Made by a program: the position numbers and the translations under genes. Shown piece after piece: positions 15,489 through 27,491 of a stretch of DNA of 64,000 nucleotides. Numbering within the stretch: the first letter of the stretch is position 1; each line of letters starts with the position of its first letter. The stretch is from Chrysomallon squamiferum (Eukaryota > Animalia > Mollusca): the NCBI GenBank assembly GCA_012295275.1, contig CM022665.1, positions 45,880,001 to 45,944,000 on the forward strand, in the 5' to 3' direction. The notes under the pieces are model-generated. The model searched no databases and was not told where the DNA came from. It saw nothing but the letters and a program-made list of their open reading frames with translations.

Positions 15489-16611
15489 GATTACTAAAGA
15501 AAAATAACAATATGCAACAGATTGACATTAAAATGGGGATATTAATAAGCAAATTATCTGTTTAGTGATTAACATGTATTATTATTTGTTGTTCAGATTC
15601 CGGGTGAAACTAACACAGAAGTTGGCCTGGCTGGAAAGAAAACAGTGGATACTGTTAAAGCTGTAAGAGTTTGAAATAATCTTCATTCATTTTAAAATAC
15701 AAGAGATTAGGCTTTAGTTGTTATATATTGTAATTTAAACACACGTATCTGAACTCATTTTATATTATAATTTAATCATAAGTGTTAAGATTTATTATTT
15801 ATATTATAATTTAAACTCAAGTATACTCTCAGATACTTTCTCTAATTTATAATTTATTAATGAATATTTCAATTTTTAACATGTTACAGTTTGAAATTCT
15901 GTTATGGAGGTGTGTGTAAATAATTATTTTATTTTATTTTATTTTATTTTATTTTATTTTATTTTATTTTATTTTATTTATTTTTTTTTTTCAGTATCAT
16001 TGAAAATTTCAACATTAATAATGCAGTATTGAGTTTTGAGTTTAACCTAATTAATACTTTAATTAATAATTAAATAATTACCAAAAGTGAACTTGCATTG
16101 CTAATGTTTTTTTCTGAATTAGTTGTATGATTCATTTTGTAACTAATATCTTTTTGATTTTTCAAATGTTTTGGTACATAAAATTTTGGAGGAGTTTTGT
16201 TAATCCTGAAATAAAAACTTGTATTTTAAAATATTAACCATTATTATTTTTTATAATTTAGATTATGGGACCTCCAAGATAGTACAAATATGAATTCAGG
16301 ACTGAAAAATATAGAACACTTTATTAAAATGATTCTTGTTATTAAACAACAGAAGCCATTTTTAAGTTATGTGGAAAAAAATACACATATGGTGGTTTTT
16401 TTAAAAATAAAAATATGGTGTTTTTTCTAATTTGCTTAACTTGGGGTGTGTTTTCAGGCCGAGAGAATTATTGAGGCTGTAGAAATATTTGAAGATGAGA
16501 CAACTAAACAGAAAATTCACGAACAGGAATGTGCCAAAGCTAAAAAGGATGTAAGTTTACAGATTTATAATATAAAGCTGTTACAATTTTCTAAGATAAT
16601 ATTTTATAAGG

Positions 16612-16659
<48 letters not shown>

Positions 16660-19017
16660 CATTTCAGCATTTTAACTGTTTTGTTTCTCTCTTCATATGA
16701 AAATTAAAATGGTTTGAATAACAATTTTGATTCAGTAAAAAAACTGTGAACCCATCTTTAAGTTACATAAAGTAAAATTGATAATTTGTCATTACCTTCT
16801 ATATAATAGTAATTCTTGTTTATAGATATGTCTTTTTTTATTTGTTTTAATATTTTATTTTTATTTATTTTTATTTTTTTATTGATATAAATTTCTATTT
16901 AATATTTTATTTTTTATTCTTTTTATTTTTGTTTTAAATAAATACTTAATATTCTATTTATAGTATTTTTTTTATTATTTTTGTTTTAAATTTCTATTTA
17001 ATATTTTAATCTTTATTTTTTATTATTTTTTTAAATTTAAAAAAAAAAATTTATTCTCTTTTTAATACTCAAACACATATTCAATTATCATTATTAATTT
17101 TTTTTTTTTTTTCTAAATAAATATTTAATGATTTGTGTCAACTTAAAAAGTTAGTAGATTGTTTAAAATGTTTTCTCTCCCACAATAAACACTGTTGTGT
17201 GTTACAGCTGCCTGCTCCAGATGTGCATCCAGTGATGCTTGCTCTTAATGTGAAATCTCCTCTTCAGTTCGTCCTGGAGGTCATCAAGAAAGTCAAATCA
17301 AGGTAGACTTTAATAATACTGTAATTTCAGAGTTTTGTAACAAGAGTGAAATGAAGGTAGATGTAATTTCAGAGTTTTTTGTGAAATTGAGTCAAATAAT
17401 TTCAGAGTTTTGTAAAGAGAATCAAATCGAGGTACACTTTCATAATAATGTAATTTCAGAGTTTTGTAACTAGAGTGAAATCAAGATAGACTTTCATAAT
17501 AATTTTTAATAATAAATTTATGCACAAAACAAAACCTGAAGGACTGCTGAATATACTTAGACTATCTCTTCCTATCTCTACACATAGACTTCAAATTTAC
17601 ATTTGTCATTTCACGTCTGTTAAATTTCGCGTTCTGCTTTCAGTGAGCTGGAGAAGTCTCTGCTGGTTTTGCCCTTCTCCTGTGTTACTCAGCTGATCAA
17701 AATACTGGACAAGATTCTGGAGGCAGGCTGGGAGGTGGAGCTCACCTCCAGATGTATCCTCTTTCTACTCAGGTAAGTCGTAAAACAAAAAACACAATCG
17801 TTTTCTTGTCAGCGATGACCTTTACTGTTTCGTGATACACGAATTTGCAACTGTTCATTTAATGTTTGTTTGCACGATTTCATTAATCATTCTCAGAAAA
17901 TGTTTTTTTTTTTATGAAATTCTAATTGGTTATTATGATAGGAACAGTGACATTCTTAATGGTTGACTGTAGTTAAATTGTTAACGGTTGCTATGGTTAC
18001 ACTAGTGACATGCTGCTGCTGCTTTTAATTGTTTAAAACATTAATTTAGAATTTATATGCAGTTTTATTGACACGTAAACCATTGTTTATTTCAGATATG
18101 ATGTTTGTGTCTTGTATTTATCAGTTTCAGGAATTAATGAGACATTTGTGCTTTTTTTTTTAATTTTTTTTTTTTAAAGAGTTCATCATGGGCAGATAAC
18201 TTCGACCCAGTCATTGTTACCAGTGATTGACAGATTGAGACACAACATGGTATCAAAAGTCACAGAACTCAGGGTAAATAGTTTAAATTTTATACAGTAT
18301 TAAATACAAAATTTAGTCATTATATACTAATAAAGATATCTATAAATTAATAGTTTTAATTTTTAAACAGTATTAAAAAAAAAAAAAAAAAAATTATATA
18401 CTAATAAAGATATCTATAAATTAATAGTTTTACTTTTTATACAGTATTAAATAAATCTTTTAGTCTTTAATTACTAATAAAGATATCTTATAAGTTACTA
18501 GTTTGACTTTTATACAATCTTTTAGCAATTACATAGTAATAAAGATATCTATAATTTAATAGTTTTACTTTTTATACTGTATTAAATAAAAAATTTAGTC
18601 TTTAATTACTAATAAAGATATCTATAATTTAATGCCTTGATCTGTGATTGATACAAAAGTTCAGTCATGTTTCAGTCGCATGTGAAATGTAATCATATGC
18701 TCAAACACCGGTTTTTGAAAAAGCTACAAAACATCATTTCCAACTCTATATATATGTAATAAGATAGTTCTAAATACATAATAATTTATTTGGAATGTAA
18801 TGAATTAATGCTGAAACTGTTTTAATACACAAAAAAATTAAATGGAGTTTTTCTTGTCCTACAGGATCAGATAGGATTCAATTTGGCAGGACTGGAGTTC
18901 CTACAAAAACAGGTGGAAAGTGCATCAGAAGTTAGATTCTTCACTGATGCAACAGAGAAACTGAGAGACAAGAGAAGAAAGAGAAAGAAAAAAGAAATAC
19001 TTGTAATAAAAACCTGA
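4438..19017 (+). CDS. WDR3: WD repeat-containing protein 3 (UTP12/DIP2 homolog, SSU processome UTP-B), about 935 aa, 25 coding exons
   Basis: GT-AG, phase-consistent exons: 4438-4608, 5022-5231, 5611-5729, 5848-5926, 6258-6350, 6704-6796, 7420-7521, 8356-8453, 8902-9049, 9759-9943, 10612-10705, 11077-11178, 11591-11676, 11915-11983, 12229-12301, 12565-12722, 13134-13244, 14084-14218, 14851-14901, 15597-15662, 16458-16550, 17208-17302, 17644-17772, 18180-18273, 18865-19017. Diagnostic peptides: [74 protein letters not shown]. One base is missing at 13185-13187 (GGA AA- GAC, needed for GKD). AATAAA at 19061. Confidence 0.96.
8484..8767. mobile_element. Non-autonomous pogo/Tigger-type DNA transposon relic (MITE) in WDR3 intron 8
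   Basis: Inverted terminal cores TTGACAATCC (8488-8497) and GGATTGTCAA (8754-8763), with TA on the left flank. The internal segments ATCCAAAATCCTTGGGAC and AATATTTT..AATAATTTTGTGCATGAAATAAAGTTTGT resemble my recollection of the Tigger4/MER46 consensus; not database-verified. Confidence 0.7.
11180..11505. repeat. About 27-28 bp minisatellite (ATCTAATATATTACATAGTTGTTTTAT), about 11 copies
   Basis: Visible tandem units starting at the WDR3 exon 12 donor. Confidence 0.85.
11974..12152 (+). repeat. 18-bp tandem array of the WDR3 exon 14 donor site
   Basis: AAATACAG|GTAA-like units with junction positions at 11984, 12003, 12021, 12039, 12057, 12075, 12093, 12111, 12129 and 12147. Confidence 0.8.
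13312..13520. repeat. About 29-bp degenerate minisatellite (AAATGTTAAAAATATTTATTCATAGGTTTT)
   Basis: About 7 visible units in WDR3 intron 17. Confidence 0.7.
15085..15490. repeat. About 400-bp (TTA)n microsatellite
   Basis: Direct observation. Many other (TTA)n, (TTTA)n, (CT)n and (CA)n tracts occur, e.g. 6486-6565, 9965-10350, 30030-30113, 37330-37680, 41798-41941, 48219-48335, 58232-58326. Confidence 0.95.
18277..18630. repeat. About 65-75 bp degenerate tandem repeat, about 5 copies
   Basis: Recurring ACTAATAAAGATATCTATAAATTAATAGTTTT..TACAGTATTAAA, starting at the WDR3 exon 24 donor. Confidence 0.75.
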
Positions 19018-19344
19018 AATGCTGAACTGTGTTGATGAGTAAATATGCATAAATGAAACAAATAAATATTTATATTTTCAAGTGATTCTTTTTGACACAT
19101 ATGTTAGCAAATAATAATGTATTATAACAGAAGAGACCATAAACTATTTTCTCTTTTCTTTTAAGGGTTTTAAATCATTTTGTACATAAAATTTTTAAAG
19201 ATCTTGAAAATGGTTGTTTGAGAATTCACCAACTATCAAAACTTCCATTAAAGTTGTCATAAAAAACCCAGTATAAAAATGGCACATTAATGCATTTTAA
19301 TTTATTCTAATAAAGCTTGTTGTCATCTGTTGAATAAAACCATC

Positions 19345-19700
19345 ACACTGAAGTTCATCAAATATATGTAGATTGTATGTTATCATCATGGAATGTTAAT
19401 GTGATGCAAGCCATCATGAAAACAAAAATATGTCTTGAAACACTCTGTTATATAAAACCGTGCAATATTTAACAAACAAAACTGAAGTTATAAAATGTAC
19501 GTAGACTGTATGTTTTAACATAACAGAATGTTAATGTCATGTAACCTGTCATAAATATAATGTAACATGTCTTGAAAAACTTCATTGTAACAAATATATC
19601 AACTCTAAAATTCATTAAATGTACATAGACCGTATATTTTAGCATTCAGATATGTTTTAATGTAACAAACTATATCATGAAACCAAGAATTATGTCGAGA
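19345..19700. repeat. About 130-bp degenerate tandem repeat, 3 copies, between convergent genes
   Basis: Recurring ACTGAAGTT..GTAGACTGTATGTT..GAATGTTAATGT..ATGTCTTGAAA. Confidence 0.6.
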
Positions 19701-20128
19701 ACCAAGCCTATCCTGGTCAAATTCAAGATGAAGAAAAATATGAACCCATAATGAACTATAATGTATATATTTTTTTTTGTATCATATGGTTGAATGATCA
19801 AAAATTTCATGAATTTAAATAAAAGTTCAACTGACAGTTCTCTGGGTTTGTTTTTAAGTTTTTAACAAAACAAAACTGCTTCATTATTAATGGTATTGTA
19901 TGTTTTTTAACTTTTTGTTACCTTTTTTTTTTTTTTTATCTACAGAATATTTCAAAAAGATAATAAATACAAACTGAACCATTCAGTCAATTCAGAAAAA
20001 ACATCAGTATTTCAAATTCACAGTTAGTAATTTTATAATTAAAATAATAAACTATAGCAGTTGATGTCTGATTGTTATTAAACAGACACAACAAGCACTC
20101 CACCTCAGTATTTGTCTTCTATGTTTGA

Positions 20129-20177
<49 letters not shown>

Positions 20178-21134
20178 CAGATCAATTTGAATATGTCCAC
20201 TGTTGACATTCTCAAACTTTTTCTGATTTTCCTCTGAAACAGAATTAATTACAGTAACCATACTTTCTGTATGCCATTTTGAGAATGATCAAATATTTAA
20301 TTTTTATTTTGTAAATTTTAAAATGGTCACAGCAAACGATTACAAACTGGAGATAAATCTGCCAGAGTTTATATTGATAATTAATTGTAGTTACTTCTTT
20401 TTCAGTTAAAAAGAAATGAGCTTTTGTAAAAGAAGATGGTGAAGAAAAAATAATAATAAAAAACAAAACAATTAATATTTAATGACTATAAATTAATTGT
20501 ACTCAGTAATAAATTATCAGAATATATTCAGCAGTTTAGTATAATTAATAAGAATCATAAAAATATAAGAAAAGTCTCAAAAATATGTAAAACAGAAGTC
20601 TATAAAATATAGTTTTTAAGTTTTTTATTGTATACAACTATATATACATAATAAAAGTGTAAATGATAAAAAAAATATCAACAAAAACTTTAAAACAAAA
20701 TATTTTTGTTACCCCACTCTAATCTCATTTTATAATAAAATAATTTGTTTTATATTTACTCAACATTACATTTTATGGGACTGTTCTTAGTTGAAAATAC
20801 AAAAACATATTTAAAAGATGATCATATATTATCTTTTAACTAGTAAAAGGTGTAAAAATGCAATGATTATTTTTTTTAAATGATTTTACGTCGAGCATCA
20901 TTCTGTTTTAGCAGACTGTTCTATACTAAATATACACAAAATTCATTTCAAAATTGTCACAAACTAAGCTGAATATAAGTGACAGATTTTTTAAATTATT
21001 TTTCTAATTATTCTCTGCATCATAATCATATTGTATTGTGACTGGTTTTCACAGAATGTTTTCTAAGTTTCTTCACCTCCCAGTTGACAAGCCTGCCTGC
21101 TAATCGATGTTACTAAATGATTTTATTTTCCAAA

Positions 21135-24100
21135 TCAAACCGTGGTCTCGCCTGCGGTATCGACAAGCCAATGTGTAGAGTTAGTGATTTTCTTCTGCGT
21201 CATGTTCTCCAGAACCTCATCTAGATCAGTTTCTATGAAACCATGACCAACGTTGTCACTGCAGAGTCTGCTGGAGTTGTCCACTTCACTGTTGACGTCA
21301 TCAATGTCCGTCTCTGATAAGTGGTGCTGTGGTGATGCAGATGATCTCACTCCACTGCCAGCCACGACATTGTTGTCATTAGTTGACATCTTACGATTTG
21401 TCATAGATGAAATGCAGACACTTCCACTGCCCGTTTTACAGTCAGTGCTTATTTCTGATGGAAGTTTTTTCTCCTTTCTTGCAACATAAGACAGAAACTG
21501 GTTCATTTCTTTGCCTCTGTTCACATCTGAGTGTCCATGAGGCAACGTATCAGCCTCTTTTACTGTCTTTCTGTTTGCAGGTTGATGTGCTGCTGCTGCT
21601 GCTGAAGAACTTGGAGGACTGACTGTTGACTGGGTCTTTAGCGTTATTTCACAGCTGAACTGTCATCACAGCAAGGTGTTTGTACTGGCGAGTCAGTGTC
21701 GTTGGCTGAAAAGGTTGTTTCGTATCGTAAAGGTTTAAACGTTGAAAGTGAAGCAGCATCACGACTGGTTGAATCTGATGGATTCCTCTCATCATCTTCA
21801 TGTTTGTCTGTGATGTCAGGAGTGTGGAAAGAACTGGTGACACTGGGAACATGTTCTTTTATAGTTGTTAATGTTCCTGACTCTGGACCAGTTGAGAGTT
21901 GTTGAGGTCTGTAATAACCTTCAGCGTCGAATCCTTTCACATCTTCCTCTTCCGGGTTCGAACCATTTTCTTCACTGATTCGATTAACTCTGGAAAATGA
22001 TTTCACGTCATTTCTAATGGAGTGACACCCACCTGCTTCTAAATGCTTCTTCTGGAATGCCTTGTTCAAGTAGCACGGTGGTGGGACGTTGGTGCCCATC
22101 AGGTTATTGTCAAACGGCCAGCATTCTAGTGGGGATTTTCTCTTGGGTGGGACAGGAGGCGGAGACATAGCAGTGGTCTTGCTTGTGCAGGTGTTGCCCT
22201 TCTTGGAAGAACCGATCTTCTTCTTTTTCAGTGGAACAGCATAGATCGCTTGTAGAGACTGAGCTTTCTTCATCGTTGCCTGCTGTTGTGGAATCCAGTT
22301 TCTGTCTCCCGTGGAACATTTTGCTGTGTCATCTTTTGTACACAAGTCTGGATCCATGTAGCCAGGGTCCAAGTAATCGTTCTGAATCTGCTGTTTTCGA
22401 GGACTGGTGCTTCTGGAGGACACAGTGTCCTCGACTTCATGGTAAATGAGACTTTTATCCTGGAGGACAGAAGCTGGTTGTTTAGACAGGACCGGGCAAC
22501 GTAAAGGAGGGATTGGTTTTGCCGGTTTTGTACTCCTCTGGTTGGTGGTCAGTTCTCCTTTGGATGTCCAAGACAGAACACTCACCTTGTACAGGTTGGA
22601 ACTGGAAAAAAAAATGGGTGAGAGAAATGTTACTGAAAATCAAGTAGTGAATGCAGTTCTAGTTATAAAAATTAGAAAAATATTTTTGACATGTCACATT
22701 GAATCTTTAAACAGAAGATGTTGTTGTGCATCTTATAAAATGTATTTTCCTTTGTAATGATGTCTAATATTTGTCACAGTATATTATTATAAATAACTGT
22801 TAGCTATACAAAGTATTATACAAAATTGCAAAAGCTGATAGCTAAATGACTGTAACTGATTATTTAGTAATTCACAGTGGTCAAAATGAGTGTTAGGCAT
22901 CTAGAACAAAAACTACAAAAATAACTGACAAGAGAAAAAAGCTGTGTAATAGAAATATGATAAAAAAAAAAAATCATCTTCTGAATCTTGTTGATTCATA
23001 GTGGTCTAAGTTAGCATTAGTCATCTAGTACAAATACTACAAAAATGATTGACAACAAGAGGAAAAAGCTGTATAATAGAAATGTGATAAATAAAAAAGT
23101 TGTCTACTGTACCTGGTTGATGCAGTATTTTCTGAATGAACCGATACTGGATTCTCAATCTCACTTTCTTTGTCAACCTGTAGTAAAATAAAATTACAAT
23201 ACTTGTTTTCTCTGTATTTTTCAAAACAAATACTGACAATAAATGACTAGCAACTCCCTTTCCAGCTAACCATACACTACTAAACTGGATTAACAGCATT
23301 TTTATATGCATGTATTGCATATAGAAGAGTACATACTATTCATTTTGCACAAACCAATCTCAAGTAAGTATAAGAAATTATCTGTGGAGAATTCAGTTAT
23401 CAACATTCCCCATGTTAACATTTTCTAAGTGAGATGAAGCATCTTCTTAAACATCCCCCAAAAAACAAGCATTTTTATTTATTTTAGCTAATAAATAATT
23501 TTAAATTGTTTACCTGAATGGTGTTCTCTTTTTCAGTCTCATCTTTATTTGCTGGTAAAAACTGAAGAAAAAAAAAAAAAAAAACAAAATTATGTTTAAA
23601 ACTTTTAGTTCACTTTGTTAAGATTTTGAAGAAAAAAAAAAATATATATATTACAATACAAATTTATGTTTAAAACTTAAATAAATAAATAAAAAAATAA
23701 ATAAGGCCTCAAAAAAAAATAAAACTTAAAATTAAATAAATAAATAAGTGTTAAAGTGAATAAAGTGTATAAATTAGTAACATCAACATGGACTGAAGCA
23801 ACTATTTTTTTATATATAATCTTAATAAAAATAAAAATAAATATTAAATTTGATGCATCTACATATAAATCATTTTGAACAACAAAACACCACCACCACC
23901 ATCATGAACAACTGCTCATACCAAACCAAGTAACTGAAGAAAAAAAACAACATTTTATAACAAAATTACAGAATTAAATACTTTTCCATGGTGTCTCCCT
24001 CTTGGAATTGTCAACCCAAGCGGGGATTTTCCGAATGTAGAAAACGGAGAATTCATGCTGTCAGGTCCTTCCATGCTGAGGTTGATGGTTCCAGGAAAGA

Positions 24101-24247
24101 GAGAAATATTGGAACAAGTGTCATCGGTGAAAATGAATCTCTGTCGAATAGCTGGACGGGGGTGGAGTTTCAAGAATCTCGGAGCCTCGGTAGTATTTCT
24201 AAGTGAGTGAGATTCATAAAGTTTTGGTGAATTTAGATTTAAATGTT

Positions 24248-24280
<33 letters not shown>

Positions 24281-25084
24281 GAAGAAGAAGAAGAAGAAGA
24301 AAGAAAGAAAAGAAAGTAAAAGGAAGATGGAAAGACAAAACAGAATTATTTTTTTTTTTATATATATTACTGTAAATAGCTACTAAAAAAATGATGTATT
24401 TCACAAAATACAAATTAAAACAGTGCTAAATAATGAATTAATTTTTTTTTTTAAATTTACGGGATGAAATTAATAATTGAAAACTAAAATAAAGAATGAA
24501 TGAATGAATATCAACCATTTAATTATTAATTTTTTAGGTGATATATAAGCATGTCTTGCAGAACAATATTTCAGAGAATAAACCATGCACATTATGCTTT
24601 ATCAAATCACAGCAAGGAATTATTTCCATGGATGCTATAACAAAGATGAAAGCACATGCTATATATATAGTCTGACATATGCAACAGACAGACAAGGAAG
24701 AGAAACCAGATTTCAGTGTGTGATAAACTGTGTATCATACCTAATCTCTGTTTTTCAAATTTTATTCTCACCTGATTCAGTTTCTTTCTATTCCACTGTT
24801 TGACGAATGTTTTAAAATACGTCTTTATTTTTGGAGAGGTCAAGTCCTTTGGTTGTTTATTTTTCTGCAAAATTTAAAAAAAAAACAATAAAATAAAATC
24901 ACTGAAATATTATTTAGATAGAACTCATTTAAGATCAAATAAAGAAGTAATATATATATATGTATTTCTTTAACTGGATTTAAAGTGGGAAGCATTAGCC
25001 TCAATACATTTGAATTAAGTATTTCCAAATTTTTAAAACCTACTTAAGTGTTAATAATGATAATATCTGTTAATATCTGTTAAT

Positions 25085-25144
<60 letters not shown>

Positions 25145-27214
25145 TAATTATAATACAAGACTAAATTGACAATTCTTTGCCAGATTGTCACATCACTGTC
25201 ATACTTTATCAATTATTCAATAGCAAAGACTAACCTCTGACACAAATATATTAATTATCTGGAAGCATAAAATACATTTTGATAATGTTTACTACATAAC
25301 TGTAGGTATATTTTGTGGTATTTATAATTTCTAGGTAAGGTTAGTGTATTGTTCAGGTCTCACCTCTTCTTTCAACCATATTTTAAATTCTGTCTGTTTG
25401 CTTAAAAAGTCATCCATGGATATATTATCTGAAAAAGCACAAAAAACAATGTGTTTACAATTATAAACATTTTTAAGATTGATACATAATATTTACTATC
25501 AACATGAAGTTTAAAGGCAGTTAAATACAATTATTTACAATTCTGTTAAAGGCATCTTCTAATAAAGAATATTCAATATTTGATCAAGAATTTGGATATA
25601 GAGTAGTCAAAAACTATCTTCTTTTACACTTTAAATCAACTTAACTAAAGTGCTCTAACAGAGGGAATTCAAAATCACACATTAATACTAAAGAAAGTAA
25701 CTGAATAAACCTAATCAAATGATGACATAAATAAAGTGGATCAAGTTTATAAGATTTTGAATGATATGGCATTTTCATACATCAAAAAAAAAATAAGAAA
25801 AAACAAATCAAAAAAAAAAAAAGATGACTAAAATGAAACAGTTTAAATAACAATATTTTCAGTAATAAATTTATTTTCTATATTTAAGCTATGAAACTTA
25901 CTGGACTGAATTTTCTTCTGTTTGTCTTTTTCACGTTTGCGATCTCTTCTGGTTGACTTCAAAGCTAATACTCTCTCTTTTCGACTAACAGCAGCAGGAA
26001 CAACTACATCTGAAAATTAATAAATTCACTAACTGTTCACAAATATTTCTTATAATTTTATATTAATTAATATATACATATGTGAGACAGATGATGTTGT
26101 ATATGCATGAAACTTATATGTATGTATCATATATGTCACTCTGTGTGTATGTTTGTATGTTTGTTCTAAATAATGGTGTAAACTCATGTGAATATACCAT
26201 ATATGTCACTATATATATATAGATATTTATATGAGACATGTGGTACTTTTGTGTGTCTGTGTGTGTGTGCTTTTGTGCACAGAAACATGTCATAAGTAGG
26301 TTATCATTTGTGGTTTTTTTCTTGTCCTGTCACTTACCTGAGTCAACGCTGTTGTCTGAATGTTGCGACGATGTATCTGGTGAATCAGAATCTTCATCAT
26401 CCAGGTGTACTTCATTTATAGCTGGGCATGAAGCACTCACTTTGGACATTTTGCCCAGGTTCAGTTTCCTTTTCAGTCTAAAATTGCGAAAATTCAAAAT
26501 ATAATATTTTAAAAACAGCTTAAACTAGCAAAAAAAAGTATTTTTCAGTTATACATAATTACAGTTACAAGCTTTCACAATATTCAGTATTTAGAAAAAT
26601 ATAAATATTATAAAATATTTATTTAAAATAATTATATGATTTATCATATACCACTTTTATTTTTACAGTTATATAATAATGTTAGGACAATGTCAAACTG
26701 AAGTTAATAATATAATTCATTTAATTGTAATCAAATTCAGTAACACAATCATAATAATCATAACATAACATACCATTACATTCATAAAACTATTATAAAA
26801 TAATTAATTAGTTAACTTAATATATTACATTTTCTATGTACATACTTATACTATTTTAACTAATAATTAGACCTCAACACAGAAGAGACTGAAGAAAAAT
26901 AACAGATAATATTTACTTGTGTGCGGATTTGTACTGAAATTCTTTTATTATTTTTTTTCTAAGATGAATTTAAAATAAAAATTAATACCGGTGCTGATAA
27001 TATATCATAAAGTGATATGCTGAAAATCTAAATACTTAAAATAGGAATCATGCGGAGTATTTACAAAGGCTTAAACATAACATTTTCTATTACTTGGTGT
27101 AACTACGTCTTTAATATGATTATTAACAAGTGTTATTACAGAACCATTACATTGACAAGTCCCATTACATCAACAAAGACCACATATTTCTAAAATCAAT
27201 CCTTACCTTAACAT
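21135..27214 (-). CDS. Uncharacterised protein, about 736 aa, with an N-terminal SCI1-like (style cell-cycle inhibitor 1 family) domain and a long disordered tail
   Basis: Exons in transcript order: 27214-27207 (ATG TTA AG|GTAAGG), 26477-26338, 26009-25902, 25428-25364, 24864-24772, 24198-23982, 23561-23514, 23177-23113, 22601-21135. All are GT-AG. Spliced core: ISMDDFLSKQTEFKIWLKEE|KNKQPKDLTSPKIKTYFKTFVKQWNRKKLNQ|KYYRG. The full model needs two 1-nt corrections (an extra base within 24124-24162; a missing base at 21647-21649). It ends DTAGETTV*. The family assignment is from motif recognition. Confidence 0.75.
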
Positions 27215-27491
27215 TTTTATGATAAACCAGGACCTTTTAAATTCGTATTTGTGCGCCGCTTGCACCTAGTCCTAAAGTTCTGTTACGCCTCACTCATCTA
27301 CTAAGTACAGATAATTACCGCCGGGTATTAGTGTATGTAGAATTAAATACTCGGACTGAGTGACGTTTTCTTCAATTCGGTCATTCAGTTGTTATTTTCC
27401 ATTTTAGTTAGCGGTCGATATTCTAATGTAATCAGTTTTTATAGCTTTTTCAATTTTGAAATTTTTATTTTCTGTAATATGCAGTTTTAAA
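27215..27491. promoter_or_regulatory. Bidirectional promoter between the SCI1-like gene and the HAD phosphatase
   Basis: Divergent ATGs at 27214 (-) and 27492 (+) are separated by only 277 bp. Local CpG enrichment (GTGCGCCGC, CCGCCGGG) and a half-CRE TGACG at 27361. Confidence 0.65.

Noticed and set aside
21135-21545. Separate 136-aa gene
   Set aside because: It starts at TTG, and its frame is open back to about 21660; best explained as the continuation of the upstream ORF across a 1-nt error.
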